Source: Eubacteriales bacterium (lineage in GTDB: Bacteria; Bacillota; Clostridia; Oscillospirales; CAG-272). From it: 32,646 bases of DNA. Shown one piece after another: positions 30,072 through 32,646 of the stretch. The notes beneath the pieces were generated by a model. That model was given only the letters and a program-made list of their open reading frames with translations. It ran no database searches and had not been told where the DNA came from. Position numbers and translations under genes: made by a program. The stretch's first letter is position 1, and each line of letters starts with the position of its first letter. The stretch is from the NCBI GenBank assembly GCA_045535215.1, contig JAZSLE010000214.1, positions 1 through 32,646 of the forward strand, in the 5' to 3' direction.

Positions 30072-30127
30072 AAAGCAAGAGCTTTTTTGCCGTTTATCAA
30101 ATTTTACAAAAATATAAAACTTAATTA

Positions 30128-30157
30128 TTGATTAATAGGATATCGTTATAGTAAAAT
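30128..30157 (+). promoter_or_regulatory. putative promoter of the Gfo/Idh/MocA-coaE-SLT-like operon
   Basis: TTGATT (30128-30133), 18-nt spacer, TAAAAT (30152-30157). GAGAGGAG RBS precedes the ATG at 30189. Confidence 0.45.
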
Positions 30158-30188
30158 ATATTATAACGCCTTTTGAGAGGAGCTTTGT

Positions 30189-31328
30189 ATGAAAAAGATC
30201 GGCATCGGAATAATCGGATTCGGAAACATGGGCATGGCTCATTCATATTCTGTTGAAAATTTAAGATTCTTTGCATCCGAGCTCGGATTCTCGGCAAGGA
30301 TCGTTGGAATTTGCACCACAAGCATAGAAAAAAGCAAAGCAATATGCGAGCGCTTCGGATTTGAGCGTGCGTTCGCGTCTCCCGAGGAGCTTATCGCGTG
30401 TCCCGACGTAGACGTTGTGGACATATGTACTCCCAACCATCTTCACCTTGAGGCTATCGAGGCTGCGGTTGCCGCAGGAAAGCGGATCCTTTGCGAAAAG
30501 CCGCTCTGTCCCTCGTATCCCGATTCACTTAAGGCTGCAAACGCGGCTCGCGGAACGGTAAACGGTATAGTATTCAACAACCGTCATCTCTCTGCGATAA
30601 AGAGAGCTAAGGAGCTCATAGACGAGGGTAGACTCGGAGACATTCTCTCGTTTGAAGCTTCCTATCTCCATAACAGCTGCACTAATCCGCAGAAGAATGC
30701 GGGATGGAAGCAAAGCGGTGCGTTCGGCGCGGGCGTTCTCAGAGATCTCGGATCGCATGCGCTTGACCTCGTATATTTCCTTTGCGGAAGATTTGATTCA
30801 ATATACGCAAAAAAGCAGATAGCATTCCCCGTAAGAAAGGGTATTGACGGAGAAAATTGGAGCACTGACGCCGATGAGGCGGTATACATTCAGGCGGTGC
30901 TTGAATGCGGTGCGCACGGTACGGTACATGCAAGCAAGCTCATAAACGGAGCAAACGACGATCTTTCAGTATCGGTATACGGAACGAAAGGATCGCTCAA
31001 ATTCTCGTTAAACGAGATAGACGTTTTGAAGTTTTACGACGCTACGCGCAATTCCGGAAGCTACGGAGGAGAGAGTGGCTACGTATCGATAGAGTGTAAC
31101 GGAAGATATCCTCATCCGTTCGGGTCCTTCCCCTCCCCGAAGGCAACGCAGGGCTGGCTCCGCGGCCACGTTATGAGTATGTACGCATTTTTGAATGCGG
31201 TAGCTACGGGCGGAAAAATGTCACCGTCCTTTGACGACGGTGCGTATATTGCCGCGCTTTGCGATGCGGCAGATATTTCGGACAAGGAAGGCCGCGCTGT
31301 AAGCATAAAGGAGATAATCGGTGAATAA
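30189..31328 (+). CDS. Gfo/Idh/MocA family NAD(P)-dependent oxidoreductase
   Basis: 379 aa. Rossmann start KIGIGIIGFGNMG and the family EKP motif (ILCEKPL). Confidence 0.8.
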   Translation: MKKIGIGIIGFGNMGMAHSYSVENLRFFASELGFSARIVGICTTSIEKSKAICERFGFERAFASPEELIACPDVDVVDICTPNHLHLEAIEAAVAAGKRILCEKPLCPSYPDSLKAANAARGTVNGIVFNNRHLSAIKRAKELIDEGRLGDILSFEASYLHNSCTNPQKNAGWKQSGAFGAGVLRDLGSHALDLVYFLCGRFDSIYAKKQIAFPVRKGIDGENWSTDADEAVYIQAVLECGAHGTVHASKLINGANDDLSVSVYGTKGSLKFSLNEIDVLKFYDATRNSGSYGGESGYVSIECNGRYPHPFGSFPSPKATQGWLRGHVMSMYAFLNAVATGGKMSPSFDDGAYIAALCDAADISDKEGRAVSIKEIIGE

Positions 31329-31938
31329 GCTGTTTAAGATAGGCATCACGGGACCGTCCGGTGCGGGCAAGGGTGCGGTATCCGGATTATTCACATCTGC
31401 GTACAATATACCCGTGCTTGATGCCGACGTAATATATCACGAAATACTTGAAAGCTCATCCGACTGCAGACATGAGCTCACCGACGCATTCGGAGAGAGC
31501 ATACAAAGGGACGGCAAGATAGACAGGGCCGCTCTCGGCGCGGAGGTTTTCTCGGAAAACTCAAATGAGAAGATTCAAAGATTGAACAAAATAACTCACA
31601 AATACGTTTTCAACGAGACAAGAGCACGTATAGACGAGCTTGAGAAACGCGGCATCCGATATGCGATAATAGACGCTCCCTTGCTCATTGAGGCGGGAAT
31701 GCATGAATACTGCGACACGGTAATATGTGTTCTTGCAAACAGAAAAACGCGAGTTGCTCGCATAATGGAGAGAGACGGCATCTCTCTTGATCGAGCACTT
31801 ATGCGCATAAAAAATCAGAAAGCAGACGAATTCTACGTTAAGGCGTCAAGCTTTACGGTAGAAAATGATCACTCAAGAGAGGAGCTTGCGAAGCGTGTTG
31901 ACGAAATCGCGCGCTTGCTCGGCATAGAAAAGCAATGA
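31321..31938 (+). CDS. coaE: dephospho-CoA kinase
   Basis: GTG start 31321 with AAGGAG 7 nt upstream, overlapping the previous stop (GTGAATAA). P-loop GITGPSGAGKG. Typical coaE body (VLDADVIYHEIL..., AIIDAPLLIEAG, VICVLANRKTRVARIMERDG). Confidence 0.85.
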   Translation: MNKLFKIGITGPSGAGKGAVSGLFTSAYNIPVLDADVIYHEILESSSDCRHELTDAFGESIQRDGKIDRAALGAEVFSENSNEKIQRLNKITHKYVFNETRARIDELEKRGIRYAIIDAPLLIEAGMHEYCDTVICVLANRKTRVARIMERDGISLDRALMRIKNQKADEFYVKASSFTVENDHSREELAKRVDEIARLLGIEKQ

Positions 31939-32516
31939 AGGAATCTATAAAGAGATTTTTTGCAACGCTTCTGCTCATAGTTCTCTCGGTAGGCACCGCT
32001 CTGTTTATAGACGATCTGATCTACGACAGAGAATGCAAGATATATCCTCTCGGCGAGGAGGAGAGCGTGCGCGAAACGGTATCAAAGTATTCCGAGTCGT
32101 ACGGCATTCCCGAGCAGACGATATATACCGTAATGAAAATGAGAAGCGGATGCAACAGATATTACGACAGCGACGGAAGGATCGGCTATATGGGACTTGA
32201 TCTCAACGACGTAAAGCTCATATCTGATCTTTACGACGTAAAGATAACCGACGATATGCTAAGGAATCCGTCCTACAATCTTCTTTTCGGCGTTCAGATA
32301 CTCAGCAGGCTGTATTCCCACCTTGGTGATTGGAATGCGGTATACGCGGCTCTTCTCTACGGAGAGAGTAACGCCGCAGAGTGGCTTTCTGACGGTGATC
32401 TCATTGATGTCACAGGTAAGCTGATATCCGTACCGCCCAAAAAGGGAGACGAATTCTACGAATACCTTAAAACCGAAAAAAAATACGTTGAGTTGTATTT
32501 CAGCGATAAAAAATAA
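31935..32516 (+). CDS. membrane-anchored SLT (lytic transglycosylase, GH23)-like protein with divergent catalytic motifs
   Basis: ATGA start/stop overlap with coaE. N-terminal TM (FFATLLLIVLSVGTALFI). SLT-like layout: YGIPEQTIYTVMKMRSGCN...GYMGL...LRNPSYNLLFGVQILSRLY...VYAALLYGESNAAEWL. Confidence 0.65.
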   Translation: MKESIKRFFATLLLIVLSVGTALFIDDLIYDRECKIYPLGEEESVRETVSKYSESYGIPEQTIYTVMKMRSGCNRYYDSDGRIGYMGLDLNDVKLISDLYDVKITDDMLRNPSYNLLFGVQILSRLYSHLGDWNAVYAALLYGESNAAEWLSDGDLIDVTGKLISVPPKKGDEFYEYLKTEKKYVELYFSDKK

Positions 32517-32535
32517 CACTTGAAAGGACACGAAA

Positions 32536-32646
32536 ATGAACGAAGATATCAAAAAAGAGTTGACGTACTCAAAAAAGAATTTTTATGAAGAGCAGACAAG
32601 CGAGGCGGTAGCCGCAGCTCACGAGTTTGCTCGCGGATACGTAAAG
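32536..32646 (+). CDS. 5' end of a CDS running off the window (N-terminus reminiscent of M18-type aminopeptidases; weak)
   Basis: ATG 32536 lies 7 nt after AAAGGA. 37 codons (MNEDIKKELTYSKKNFYEEQTSEAVAAAHEFARGYVK) are open to the window end. The product guess rests only on the ...A..FA.GY.. N-terminal pattern. Confidence 0.4.
   Translation, partial: MNEDIKKELTYSKKNFYEEQTSEAVAAAHEFARGYVK

Noticed and set aside
30068-30090. AT-rich hairpin GCAAAAAGC-AAGA-GCTTTTTTGC that looks like a terminator.
   Set aside because: It lies between two divergently transcribed genes, so there is nothing to terminate. The stem is almost entirely A-T and overlaps the putative murB -35.
30144-30168. 7-bp inverted repeat CGTTATA-N11-TATAACG bracketing the -10 of the Gfo/Idh/MocA promoter (possible operator).
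   Set aside because: It is short and AT-rich in an AT-rich region, and no regulator gene is adjacent. It could easily be chance.
1-32646. Scan of the whole window for tRNA/rRNA genes, CRISPR repeats, IS elements or integrases, toxin-antitoxin pairs, restriction-modification or other defence signatures.
   Set aside because: None was recognised. There are no regularly spaced direct repeats and no transposase-like or recombinase-like ORFs. All intergenic spaces are accounted for by promoters, leaders and terminators.

Overview
This window looks like an ordinary core-chromosome segment of a medium-GC Firmicute. It is probably a Clostridia / Oscillospiraceae-Ruminococcus-like organism; that placement is an inference from whiA, the codon usage and a surface protein with Ig-like repeats and Thr/Pro linkers. 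I call 20 complete CDS plus 1 partial CDS.

Gene content, left to right:
- A divergent NAD salvage pair, pncB<>nadE.
- A divergent pair of about 900-aa secreted proteins with C-terminal membrane anchors. One resembles a glycoside hydrolase; the other carries nine Ig-like repeats.
- A MATE exporter, ftsK and rpsO-pnp.
- A cell-envelope stretch: a VanY-like protein, a lipoprotein, pgeF, a 5-TM protein and the class A PBP.
- A small membrane protein.
- A tight murB(HAD-fused)-whiA-dnaE operon.
- A translationally coupled Gfo/Idh/MocA-coaE-SLT-like operon, then the first 37 codons of a further gene.

Most intergenic regions contain near-consensus SigA-type promoters, many with an extended -10 (TGnTATAAT), and clear rho-independent terminators. 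I saw no rRNA, tRNA, CRISPR array, transposase/integrase or recognisable defence genes.

I do not see a self-contained novel multi-gene system. The points most worth a second look are:
- the in-frame HAD phosphatase-MurB fusion;
- two cell-wall enzyme homologues (VanY-like and SLT-like) whose catalytic motifs look degenerate;
- the divergent surface-protein pair, which has no LPXTG;
- whiA sitting between murB and dnaE without rapZ/yvcK;
- several start-codon corrections forced by promoter or terminator positions.

The many long shadow ORFs in the track are explained by a strict absence of TTA/CTA/TCA codons. All family assignments come from motif recognition by eye and were not confirmed by any search.
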